Below the pieces are notes generated by a model. It did no database searches, was not told the DNA's origin, and saw nothing but the letters and a program-made list of their open reading frames with translations. 64,000 nt of DNA. Origin: Bacilli bacterium (GTDB lineage: Bacteria > Bacillota_I > Bacilli_A > RF39 > UBA660). Location of the stretch: NCBI GenBank assembly GCA_017626405.1, contig JAGAIS010000001.1, positions 230,885 to 294,884 on the forward strand. The letters are read 5' to 3'. Below, piece by piece: positions 1 through 9,134 of the stretch. Position 1 is the first letter of the stretch; every line of letters starts with the position of its first letter. A program made the translations under genes and the position numbers.

Positions 1-708
1 TATATTAAATCAATAAAGAGTTCAATTACTGATGACAAAATGCGAAAAACAATTAATAATTTTAGAACTAGACTTGAAAGTAAGCGCAATTATTTTTTTG
101 ATATAGATATTTATAAAAAGTATATTTCCGGTATTGATTTTAATTATGCTCAAAATCTTCAAAGAGAAATTCAAGAGAAGACACAATTAGAACTTGAAAG
201 AAAAAGAATTTTAGAAGAAAAGAATAGTGAAAGAACTACTAGAAGTGATTCACCTGTAACAGTTACTAAGAAGGAAAATATACAGTCTGAAAAAGTTTTA
301 GTTTCTAATACTCGAGAAGTAGAAAAGGTTAAAGAAGCAGAAGAAGAAAAAGAGATTCCAACTCCACCTATTATAAATACGAAACAGTCCAATGAGGAAA
401 AAGTATCTAAAGTTAAGAAGAAAAAGAAAGATATAGAAGAAAGTATGGTTATTAAAATTAAAGATGCATTTGCTAATGAGGTAGAAATAATGGCTAAATA
501 CCTATATGTTGAAGTAAATAATTTGGGAACGCCTGCTGCTATGAAAGCATTTGATATTTTCGATAGTATTATAAATCAGGATGTAAATAATATAAGTGCT
601 TTAGAAAAATTTGAAAGACTAGTACTTAAATTCAGCCAAGATAAGACTATTGGTCTTTCCTATAATGCAGAAAGATTTAACAGATATCTAAAAAAGGAGC
701 AAAAATAA
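1..708 (+). CDS. hypothetical Lys/Glu-rich protein, probably 5'-partial
   Basis: ORF track 40..708. The same frame is open from base 1 and there is no Shine-Dalgarno before ATG 40, so the gene may begin upstream of the window. Central KE-rich low-complexity stretch. Stop TAA 706-708 lies 1 nt before the ATG of the next gene. Confidence 0.5.
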   Translation, partial: YIKSIKSSITDDKMRKTINNFRTRLESKRNYFFDIDIYKKYISGIDFNYAQNLQREIQEKTQLELERKRILEEKNSERTTRSDSPVTVTKKENIQSEKVLVSNTREVEKVKEAEEEKEIPTPPIINTKQSNEEKVSKVKKKKKDIEESMVIKIKDAFANEVEIMAKYLYVEVNNLGTPAAMKAFDIFDSIINQDVNNISALEKFERLVLKFSQDKTIGLSYNAERFNRYLKKEQK

Positions 709-709
709 T

Positions 710-3700
710 ATGAAATTTAATACATCTACAAATACAATATATGAAGTATTCGGCGAAGAAAATAAAAAGTATGTTGACTTAGCTATTGAGGCCCTAAAAA
801 ATGAAGCTAGAACAATGTATATTTTACAAAAGAGATATGGGACTAAATACGATGGAGTCGGAGGAGTAAAATTCTTAAATTATTCAGAAAGTGAACATCT
901 CAATAGTGCACTAAGAAGAATTGATTCCTATATTAAGGGGATTAGAGTTTTAGTTGAAGTATACAAAGAGTCAGATCAACAAATATTAAACCGCTTTCAT
1001 AAACAAAATGATATGCAAATATTAAATATGTTGCGCAATCTTTCGATGGATAATAAAGCTAAAGAAGTTGTATTATTTTCAACAAAAAATTCAATTTTAT
1101 CTCATTTTAAGATATCAGAGAGTATGCTATCATCTGCTCTAGATAATGTTAAGAATACGGATCATAAACGAATATATTTATATTACTATGGTATTACTAG
1201 AACTAAGATGAAGATGGATGTAATTTTAAAGTTGTTTCCTGATTACAATGAATCGCAAATAAAACATATTTTATTAGATATTCAAAATGAACTTCCAGAA
1301 TATATTAAGATTGAACAAGAAAATAATAAGAATATTAATAAAGAGTTAAAAGATGGTGCTATAAAGAAAAGAAACTATAAAAAACCTTCAATATCTAAAA
1401 CTACTTCTTATGGTTCTGGATTTAGATATACTTCACTATTTGATTATTTCTTTGAAAAAGATGATACTGTTGCTCAAAAACAGGAGAAGAGACAAATCGT
1501 TCTTGATTATCTTGAACTATTAGATGAAAGTAAGCTGCAAGCAATTAAGAAGATATTTGGTGACGACTATAATCAGCTAGTTCCAAATGTCACATTATCT
1601 AAAAGCGAAAAAAATGCATTTAATGATACAAGAGTAAGAGTTAGAAAATACATTCAAAGAATTCTTGATATTAGACATAATAATACAGGAAGAGCATTTG
1701 AAGATGATCGTGTAATACTTGCTCATAGTAATGGATTTAAAGAAAATTTAAATGTGTATTTTGAAAAGAAAGCTTATCCTTTAGCAATGGAAATATTTAA
1801 TCATTATTTGAATGAACATGAAGAAGTAAAGAAATATATAAGTATTTTTTATGATTTAGATTCATTAGAATTAAATTCGAATGTATATTCTTCAAAGAAT
1901 GATGCAAAGAAGATTAAAAAGATTGTTAAAGAAATAAATGATTATATTAAGGCTTGTTCTTTTATATCAAAGTCTTATAAAGAAAGATTAGTTAATCACT
2001 TTAAGAAGCCTTATATGAGTGATGCAAGAGTAGAATTATTATATGAGTTTGTACTAAAAGCGATAGACACAATAAGTGATGAAGAAAAAGAATTATTAAA
2101 ATTATTATTTGGTGAAGATTATAATAAGCTTAATATTTATGCTAATATTACTTCTGAAGAAGTGGATATAATTAATTCCTCAATAGAAAAAATTAGTAAA
2201 TATGTAAGTCATTCACTTGAAATGACAAATACATATAAAGAGAATATATTCATATATTTCCATAAACCGGGAATGTCTATCTCTTATAAAGAAAAACTAG
2301 ATGCTGAAATTAGTAGATTTATCGATAATTCAAAATCAAAGGGGAAATACGTTGTAGTTATGCTTTATGGGACTTCTTATTCCAAATTTAATCCTTCAGT
2401 TGAATTATCTTTAGAACAAATAAAACTGTTTAATTCCCTATTAGATGAAGTTAGAGAACATATTAAGTTAGTAGAAAGTAGTTTGAAGAAGATTAGAAAA
2501 AAATCTAAATCTAAGAATTCGATATGCTTTTTAGATTATTTTATAGATCAAGATGGCAATGAAGAGGATAATAAAAAAATTAAAGAAGAAGTAATGCAGG
2601 CAATTGAAAGTTCAAACAATAAAGATTTCTTATTTAAATTCTATGATAATAACTATAATTTAAAGAGCAATGTAGAAATGACAAAAGAAGATAAAGTAAA
2701 TATTCGCTATTTCCGCAAACAAATATTTATAAAAGTATTTGGAAAAAACTTACCAACTTCTATTTATGAGATGGCAATTAATGGAAGAACTAATGAAGAA
2801 AGAAAGAATAGAATAATTATTGAAGTTGATAAATATCTTGAATCATTAGATAGTTCTATAAAGAATATTTTGAAAAAGGTATATGGAGAAGATTTACATA
2901 CATTCAATAGTGAAGCCAAACTAACTAATTATGAACTTTATATTATTAACAGATTTAATCTCGATTTAAATTCCTATATTAGACAAATTGTATCTTTCGT
3001 AAAAGAGGCAAAACAATCTCCATCGGAAAGAGTAAAACTTCCTAAACAGTTATTCTCGTTCTTGGAATCAATAGAATCAGACATGTCATTAGAAGAATTA
3101 ACTGTAGATGCTAAGAAATTTGTCAACAAGAGTAAATCTAAAAATATTCTATCTGTTAAAAAACTTTATGGAGAAGAGTTAGGCGAGCTAAATGAATCAA
3201 TTATACCAACAGAAGAAGAGATAAAAAGTGTTCGTTTGTTAATTAGAGATATCAAAATAAGATATAAAAGAAAAAAAGATAATTTAACAGGTAAAAGAAA
3301 ATCTAATAAAGAAACTTCTGTAACACTTTCATTACCAAGTAATATATTAGATAATTTTAATATTAATTATAATGAAACTAATAAAAATATGATAATTAAT
3401 AGAATTAATTTTAATACATCTAAGAAAGATTCGGTATTCTCTCACATTCTACGTGAAGTATATGGAGACAATCTAATGGAGTATAAATGTAGCGGTCTAC
3501 TGATTGAAACTAAGGATATTCCTTTATTTAAAACTTCAGTAAAAGTTGTAAATAATCAATTTACTAAAGATATGAAAGATTGTAATTTAAAGAGTGATTT
3601 TTTAGATTATTTTGGTAAATTCAAAGAGAATCGCGAACAATTAATTGAAGAGATATCTAAAAAATTAGAACAGTTAGATAGTCCTCAAGCAAATCGCTTC

Positions 3701-4954
3701 AAGAGGTTAATTAGTTTTATGTATGATGATAATTTTATATTAGTTAGACCTATGCAATTAAAAGCGAAAGAACTTGTGATAATTGACAAAATGATTAAAT
3801 CATTGAGTAGAGTTAAAGAAGAGAAAAAAATTGAGAATAAACGCAAATACAATATGATTAAAGATCAACTTAATTTCTTTGACTATTTTCTATTTGATGG
3901 AGAAAATGAAGTTCCTGAAAGCAGAAAGAATACAATTGTAAAAATTGTACGTGGAAGTAAATCTTTAGCAGCAAAACTAGTATTAGATTTATTTGGTCCT
4001 AATCTTGATCAAGAATGTAATAATATAGAACTATTAAATAAAAATAAAGCTATAATTGGGGTATTAATAAGGACAATTAATAAGAGATTAACTAATACTT
4101 ATAGTAGAGGTCTATTCATGTTAGCAGATAATTTCATAGAACAATTTTATTTGGAAACTGATACTAATGAATTAAAAGAAATTCTTAAGAATTATATAGT
4201 AAATTATTTAAATGCTAGTCACTCAAAATGTATGGAGTTCGTTAGAGAAGCTTATGATAGTAATTATAATCTAAAAAACTCTTATATATTTAATGGAGAT
4301 AAGAAATCTTATAATTCATTTATAAATGCTATTAGAAAATCTGTAAATAAGTATCGCAGTAAAATACTAGGCGGAAATATTCCAAAAACAGAAAAACCAA
4401 AAGAAGAGATAATAAAAGTTAAAAAATCTAAATCAATTAAGATAGATATGATGGATTTAGGTGAAAAAGGATATTTAGCTTTAACTAATGATTTATTTGA
4501 TATTAGAATTATTGGAAATGAAGAAATAGAAATAATTGATGAGGAATCAACTGACGATGTTATATTAAAAGCTTATAACGAACTAATGGATTCAAAGACA
4601 ATAATTGATTTACTTATGATAAGTGAAGATACATTAGTTAATTTCTATTTAAAATATTTAGATGATTTGGATGATCCTCAAGAAGCATTCAATTATCTAA
4701 TTAACTTAGGAAGTAAAGACATCATTAAACGATTAATGATAAGCCCATTATTCTTAAGAGTAATTAATTATCTAAGTGATATAGAAAGAGAAATTATATA
4801 TCTAAAATTAGTTCAAGTAAGTAATAGTTCTCTAAGTGATGAAATAATATCTAAGATAACTGGATTAGATATCGATAGTATTAGAGAATATCAAATAATG
4901 ACTAAAGATGATAAAGTTAATTCATTAAATGAATTCATTATAAAACGTAAGTAA
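710..4954 (+). CDS. giant repeat protein: about 13 sigma-70 region-4-like modules plus a C-terminal region-4-type HTH
   Basis: Uninterrupted 1,414-codon ORF with AAGGAG upstream. Recurring core L-x-x-[LIV]-[FY]-G-x-[DE]-[YL]-x-x-[LF]-N (KIFGDDYNQL, LLFGEDYNKL, KVYGEDLHTF, KLYGEELGEL, EVYGDNLMEY, DLFGPNLDQE and others), each about 35 aa after an h-x-x-[YHNF]-F motif (LFDYF, FLDYF x2, FFDYF and others). C-terminus SDIEREIIYLKLVQVSNSSLSDEIISKITGLDIDSIREYQ resembles a sigma70_r4 HTH. Confidence 0.85.
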   Translation: MKFNTSTNTIYEVFGEENKKYVDLAIEALKNEARTMYILQKRYGTKYDGVGGVKFLNYSESEHLNSALRRIDSYIKGIRVLVEVYKESDQQILNRFHKQNDMQILNMLRNLSMDNKAKEVVLFSTKNSILSHFKISESMLSSALDNVKNTDHKRIYLYYYGITRTKMKMDVILKLFPDYNESQIKHILLDIQNELPEYIKIEQENNKNINKELKDGAIKKRNYKKPSISKTTSYGSGFRYTSLFDYFFEKDDTVAQKQEKRQIVLDYLELLDESKLQAIKKIFGDDYNQLVPNVTLSKSEKNAFNDTRVRVRKYIQRILDIRHNNTGRAFEDDRVILAHSNGFKENLNVYFEKKAYPLAMEIFNHYLNEHEEVKKYISIFYDLDSLELNSNVYSSKNDAKKIKKIVKEINDYIKACSFISKSYKERLVNHFKKPYMSDARVELLYEFVLKAIDTISDEEKELLKLLFGEDYNKLNIYANITSEEVDIINSSIEKISKYVSHSLEMTNTYKENIFIYFHKPGMSISYKEKLDAEISRFIDNSKSKGKYVVVMLYGTSYSKFNPSVELSLEQIKLFNSLLDEVREHIKLVESSLKKIRKKSKSKNSICFLDYFIDQDGNEEDNKKIKEEVMQAIESSNNKDFLFKFYDNNYNLKSNVEMTKEDKVNIRYFRKQIFIKVFGKNLPTSIYEMAINGRTNEERKNRIIIEVDKYLESLDSSIKNILKKVYGEDLHTFNSEAKLTNYELYIINRFNLDLNSYIRQIVSFVKEAKQSPSERVKLPKQLFSFLESIESDMSLEELTVDAKKFVNKSKSKNILSVKKLYGEELGELNESIIPTEEEIKSVRLLIRDIKIRYKRKKDNLTGKRKSNKETSVTLSLPSNILDNFNINYNETNKNMIINRINFNTSKKDSVFSHILREVYGDNLMEYKCSGLLIETKDIPLFKTSVKVVNNQFTKDMKDCNLKSDFLDYFGKFKENREQLIEEISKKLEQLDSPQANRFKRLISFMYDDNFILVRPMQLKAKELVIIDKMIKSLSRVKEEKKIENKRKYNMIKDQLNFFDYFLFDGENEVPESRKNTIVKIVRGSKSLAAKLVLDLFGPNLDQECNNIELLNKNKAIIGVLIRTINKRLTNTYSRGLFMLADNFIEQFYLETDTNELKEILKNYIVNYLNASHSKCMEFVREAYDSNYNLKNSYIFNGDKKSYNSFINAIRKSVNKYRSKILGGNIPKTEKPKEEIIKVKKSKSIKIDMMDLGEKGYLALTNDLFDIRIIGNEEIEIIDEESTDDVILKAYNELMDSKTIIDLLMISEDTLVNFYLKYLDDLDDPQEAFNYLINLGSKDIIKRLMISPLFLRVINYLSDIEREIIYLKLVQVSNSSLSDEIISKITGLDIDSIREYQIMTKDDKVNSLNEFIIKRK

Positions 4955-4973
4955 TTACTACTTACGTTTTTTT
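4942..4973. terminator. bidirectional rho-independent terminator between convergent genes
   Basis: Perfect 9-bp stem ACGTAAGTA/TACTTACGT (4945-4953 / 4959-4967) with a 5-nt loop, an A-run before and a T-run after. Both stop codons lie inside the hairpin. Confidence 0.8.
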
Positions 4974-5692
4974 AATCTATTTTTAATATTTTTTCTCTCT
5001 TGTTTTGCTTTTTCTTTATCTTTTAAAATTTTCTCTTTTAGAATAGATAATTTGTTCATTACTTTCATGTCTGGGAATGAAGAAAGAAGTCTACGATGTA
5101 AGAAAGTTTTTGATTTTAATATTTCTTTAACTTTCTTGGTAATAGCTTCAGTAGAATCACATCTAATAGATTTAGATATGTTCTTTAAGTTAATAATTAT
5201 TTTAAATGATATTATTAGGTCTATTAATAGTAATACTAGAAGAACTATTAATACTATTTTCCAAACATTGATACTTACTCTATTAAATATTATTTGAAGT
5301 AATGGATTTACTATATACATTAGAAAGCATGCTCCAAATCCAAAAGGTATTGCACACTCTAAGCATATTCTTCCGTTAATATTATATTTCATATCTGAAT
5401 AATCCCACCAACGGTTTTTGAATATTTTCTCCATAATGTATGAAGTAAAGTATTCAAGTACGGAACATATAATAACAGACATTAAAAATAGAATAATTGG
5501 ATCTTTCATATATTTATTCAGTAGAATATATATTGCAACTCCACCAAAACCATATATTGGACATATAGGTCCGATAAAGAATCCTCTATTGATAAATTTG
5601 TGATTTTTAAATAGAGAAAGTAAAACTTCCATTAGCCATCCTAAGAAAGAATATACAAAAAACAACATAATAATATAAATTAATTTTTCCAT
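4958..5692 (-). CDS. polytopic membrane protein, putative ABC-transporter type IV (CmpB/PF06541-like) family
   Basis: N-terminal motif YSFLGWLMEV...FINRGFFIGPICPIYGFGGVAI typical of this family. Multiple TM helices and a basic C-terminal tail. Start moved to the ATG preceded by GGTGA (M5 of the track ORF). Confidence 0.6.
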   Translation of the reverse strand: MEKLIYIIMLFFVYSFLGWLMEVLLSLFKNHKFINRGFFIGPICPIYGFGGVAIYILLNKYMKDPIILFLMSVIICSVLEYFTSYIMEKIFKNRWWDYSDMKYNINGRICLECAIPFGFGACFLMYIVNPLLQIIFNRVSINVWKIVLIVLLVLLLIDLIISFKIIINLKNISKSIRCDSTEAITKKVKEILKSKTFLHRRLLSSFPDMKVMNKLSILKEKILKDKEKAKQERKNIKNRLKKRK

Positions 5693-5785
5693 TGTATTCA
5701 CCAAATATATTATAACATACTATATTATTTTTTGTTTATATTAAAAAAATTATGCTATAATATTAGTCATTAAAGGAGAATTATA

Positions 5786-6640
5786 ATGGGTAAGACAATA
5801 ATAATAACTGATTCTGGTTGTGATATTCCTGAAAATATAGCAAATGCTCTTAGTGATAGTATTAAAATTATTCCTTATACGATATGTTTAACTAATGATG
5901 AATCATATAAAGATAATCAAATAAATAAGAAGTGTTTTTCTCAAAATATTGATTTGGGAATTAGACCTATTGGTATTAGATTATATAAGAACGATATATT
6001 AGATGTATTAAATGGATTAGATGAAAAGTGTGATGAAATAATATTTATTACTTCTTCCGGTATGCTTTATCCTGATAACGAAGTTAATATTAAAGAAGCA
6101 GTTTTAGAATATTTTGCAAATCATATAAAGTCGAGAATAGCAATAATAGATTCTAATACTACATCGATGGCTTTAGGATTTTTAGTATTAGATGCTGCTA
6201 GAATGATCGATATGAAATGTGGTTTTGATGAAATAGTAAGATATGTTAAAACTAATAAATCGAGATATCGTATGGATGTTATATCTAATGATTCTACAAT
6301 TTTAAGAGAGAAGAGAATAATTAGTTCTAGACAATCAAAACTAATGAAAAATAGAAAGAAGAATTATTTAATATCGATGTCATGTTTTGGAATGCTGATG
6401 CCTATAATGGGAAGAACCGATATAAAAGATATTAGGGATATTATGATAGAGAGATTAGCTGATTATTCTTCTTATAATTATGCTATCGTTTCTTCATCTC
6501 TTAATTATGATATGGATTATTTTATTGAATGTATTGGAGAAATATTGGATGTAGATCCCATTTGTAGTAAGTTTAGTTGTTCCAATACAACTTTTGTAGG
6601 AACTGACTCAATAAGTTTATGTTATAAGAAAAAGAAATAG
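5786..6640 (+). CDS. DegV-family (fatty-acid-binding) protein, divergent
   Basis: N-terminal IIITDSGCDIPE and central IAIIDSNTTSMALGFLVLDAARM match DegV hallmarks (TDS..D.P; IDS...S.G.G). Length about 280 aa. Strong RBS AAGGAG. Confidence 0.7.
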   Translation: MGKTIIITDSGCDIPENIANALSDSIKIIPYTICLTNDESYKDNQINKKCFSQNIDLGIRPIGIRLYKNDILDVLNGLDEKCDEIIFITSSGMLYPDNEVNIKEAVLEYFANHIKSRIAIIDSNTTSMALGFLVLDAARMIDMKCGFDEIVRYVKTNKSRYRMDVISNDSTILREKRIISSRQSKLMKNRKKNYLISMSCFGMLMPIMGRTDIKDIRDIMIERLADYSSYNYAIVSSSLNYDMDYFIECIGEILDVDPICSKFSCSNTTFVGTDSISLCYKKKK

Positions 6641-6683
6641 AAAAATAATATATAGTATGATATAATAGTCTTAGAAAAGGTAT

Positions 6684-7163
6684 GTGAATATTATGAACTT
6701 TTTTAAACGCAAGAGAAATATTTATTTTAGTATTATAATTATGTTAACAGTAGTTATGGGTCTTTTTTCTATTTCGTTTTCTTATTATGTAGATGAATCA
6801 AGTAAAACCGGTCTATTTAAAATAAATGAAATAGATAATAGATTGCAAAGTGATTCACTAACGAATGGAACTATTACTGTTAATGCTCAAGAGACAGTTG
6901 AATTTTCTATATATGTTATAAGTAATAATAATTTTGAAACTAAATATGAACTATATTATCAAACAAATAATGAATCCAACTTAGAAGTATATACTGTCAA
7001 TGATATTAAGGAAACGATTCCTAGTCATAGTGTATATGAATATAAAATAGTAATTGAGAATTACAATGAGACTAGTGTAGATGTTACTTTAGGTATTGCA
7101 AGTAGTGATATGCAAGGAGAAGTTAAATCTCCGGGTGTAGTAATAGAAAAAAGAGAAATCTAA
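6684..7163 (+). CDS. hypothetical membrane-anchored protein
   Basis: Single N-terminal TM helix (IYFSIIIMLTVVMGLFSISF) followed by a beta-rich, N/T/Y-rich ectodomain. The start could be GTG 6684 or ATG 6693. Confidence 0.5.
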   Translation: MNIMNFFKRKRNIYFSIIIMLTVVMGLFSISFSYYVDESSKTGLFKINEIDNRLQSDSLTNGTITVNAQETVEFSIYVISNNNFETKYELYYQTNNESNLEVYTVNDIKETIPSHSVYEYKIVIENYNETSVDVTLGIASSDMQGEVKSPGVVIEKREI

Positions 7164-7175
7164 TTTCTCTTTTTA
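7147..7175. terminator. bidirectional terminator between convergent genes
   Basis: Stem AGAGAAAT/ATTTCTCT (7152-7159 / 7163-7170) with a 3-nt loop, flanked by A- and T-runs. It overlaps both stop codons. Confidence 0.7.
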
Positions 7176-8065
7176 TTTTGACTCAATACGATTTTTTTGC
7201 TTTCATTTAACGCAGATATGACGAGGTCATTGACATCTGAATAACTTTTATCTTCCTTTCTCATACTTTTAAATTCTAGGAATCTCTCATCTATAAAGCT
7301 AGGATCTAAGGAAGTCGATAGGAATGTAACCATTGCCATAGCCATTGCAACTGCCCGTATTTCATTTTCTTCATTATTTAGTGCTTTATTAGTAAATCCA
7401 TTATAAAGTGTATCGATAATACTTTTAAATTCATCTTTGATTTCTTTTTTGGCATATTTAATTAATTCGCTAGTGGAATCATAACTTGTTAGTATTGGAT
7501 AATGGGTAATTGGTTTAAAGTCAGCTACTTGTAAGTTTGGGAAATAGTATTTGTCGTATGTTGGAGAAATAAATATCTTTCCATATTTCAAGAAACTATA
7601 AAGGTTTACTACTTCCGGATTTTTCGTGTGTTCATTTAATACATAAACAAAGTTAGAGTCGATTACTCGTGAAAAAGAATCTGTAATTAATTCTTCTTTA
7701 CTACAAGTTCGATTATATTTGCTCTCTTCTAAATATTTATGAAATAATTTATTATATACGCGAAGTCTTTCCAATTCATTATCTTCATAGGCAAAGTCTT
7801 CATATGAAGTGAATTCATGATATCTTAGTAGATATCCTTCAATAGCATCAAAGTCTTCTTTACATACTTGCATTTTACTTATTTTTTTATCTTCTATTTT
7901 AAGAGCTTCATCCATTATATATAGTATATCTTTTATCTCTTTCTTATCTTCATCATTCATATTATCCGGATAAGCTTCAGCTTGGGCAATACTAGTAAAC
8001 ATTTTCTTTAGACAAAGAGTATAATCTATTAAGTCATCAATTTGTTTCTTCAGTAATCTTTCCAT
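7160..8065 (-). CDS. hypothetical all-alpha protein (paralog B of a tandem pair)
   Basis: 301-aa ORF with RBS AAAGGGA. Shares the motifs YV[IL]N...and I[YF]I[NS]PTY[ED] with the upstream gene. No recognisable catalytic motif. Confidence 0.6.
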   Translation of the reverse strand: MERLLKKQIDDLIDYTLCLKKMFTSIAQAEAYPDNMNDEDKKEIKDILYIMDEALKIEDKKISKMQVCKEDFDAIEGYLLRYHEFTSYEDFAYEDNELERLRVYNKLFHKYLEESKYNRTCSKEELITDSFSRVIDSNFVYVLNEHTKNPEVVNLYSFLKYGKIFISPTYDKYYFPNLQVADFKPITHYPILTSYDSTSELIKYAKKEIKDEFKSIIDTLYNGFTNKALNNEENEIRAVAMAMAMVTFLSTSLDPSFIDERFLEFKSMRKEDKSYSDVNDLVISALNESKKIVLSQNKKRN

Positions 8066-9014
8066 ATCTCAGTTCCCTTTCTCTATGGCAATTTTTAATT
8101 ATTTTTCGTGCTCCATTAAACATAGAAATTATTTCATTTCTTATTCTAATGTTGTCGTTTCGAGTTTTCTTTTCAATTATAACTTTAATTTTTTCTTCGA
8201 CTTTATCAACTATACTTACATCTAATAAACTTATCAATTTTCCCATAATGTTCGTTAAGTTTTTTACGTACTCAAAATAATTATTTTTATCTAATAAATC
8301 AACATCTCTTTTATTTAATTCTGTTTCTATTTCATCTACTGTAAATTCTACTAGGTTATACATGATATCATCCATTAATTGTTTGTGAGAATAATCTTCA
8401 CTTATTAAACTAGAAAGATAAATTGATATATTAATTGGCATTGAGATATCCATTGTTCTCTTAAAAAATTCTTCATATGTTGGATTAATATAGATAGATG
8501 AGAATAATAACTTAATTAAAAAATCTCTTGTTTCATTATCTTTAATATAATTGATAGCTTTGTTAATTACATAGATAATATTGAAACCAACATAACTTTG
8601 AAAAGCATGATTAAATTTCGTATCAATTTCGTCCTGTTTTAATACTAATGAAAATAGATTTTCTAAAAAATTTCCGTCAGGGTAATCATACTCTCTTTTG
8701 TTATAATCAATGTCTTCACCTATATTATGCATTCTAATATATATTAAAGAGTCATCTTCTGTTAATAGTCTATTTATATTTATTGGATTATCTATACTAA
8801 TATGTTCAAGAATTAATTCATATAGTTTTAATAATGTTTCATCATTAAAGTTTATTTTTTCAATTTTTGCAAATTCATACCTTATTGCATTTTCAAGTAG
8901 ACTAAGTATTAAGTAATATTCTTCAGTATTATCTTTTCCTTCGATTTTTAATTCAGCTAATTTTCTATATAGATTTAAAAGAGATTTAGCTGATTCATAC
9001 CAATTTGCAAACAT
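8037..9014 (-). CDS. hypothetical all-alpha protein (paralog A of a tandem pair)
   Basis: 325-aa ORF that overlaps the downstream paralog by 29 nt. LLFSSIYINPTYEEFF aligns with LKYGKIFISPTYDKYYF in the neighbour. Confidence 0.6.
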   Translation of the reverse strand: MFANWYESAKSLLNLYRKLAELKIEGKDNTEEYYLILSLLENAIRYEFAKIEKINFNDETLLKLYELILEHISIDNPININRLLTEDDSLIYIRMHNIGEDIDYNKREYDYPDGNFLENLFSLVLKQDEIDTKFNHAFQSYVGFNIIYVINKAINYIKDNETRDFLIKLLFSSIYINPTYEEFFKRTMDISMPINISIYLSSLISEDYSHKQLMDDIMYNLVEFTVDEIETELNKRDVDLLDKNNYFEYVKNLTNIMGKLISLLDVSIVDKVEEKIKVIIEKKTRNDNIRIRNEIISMFNGARKIIKNCHRERELRYGKITEETN

Positions 9015-9134
9015 AAAACCACTTCTTTGACTATATATTCTAACACATTTAGTCTAGTATTTATACAAAAAAATAGTACAATTCTAATTAGTATGATATA
9101 ATTAGTTTAACAACATAGATTAGTAGGTGTGAAT

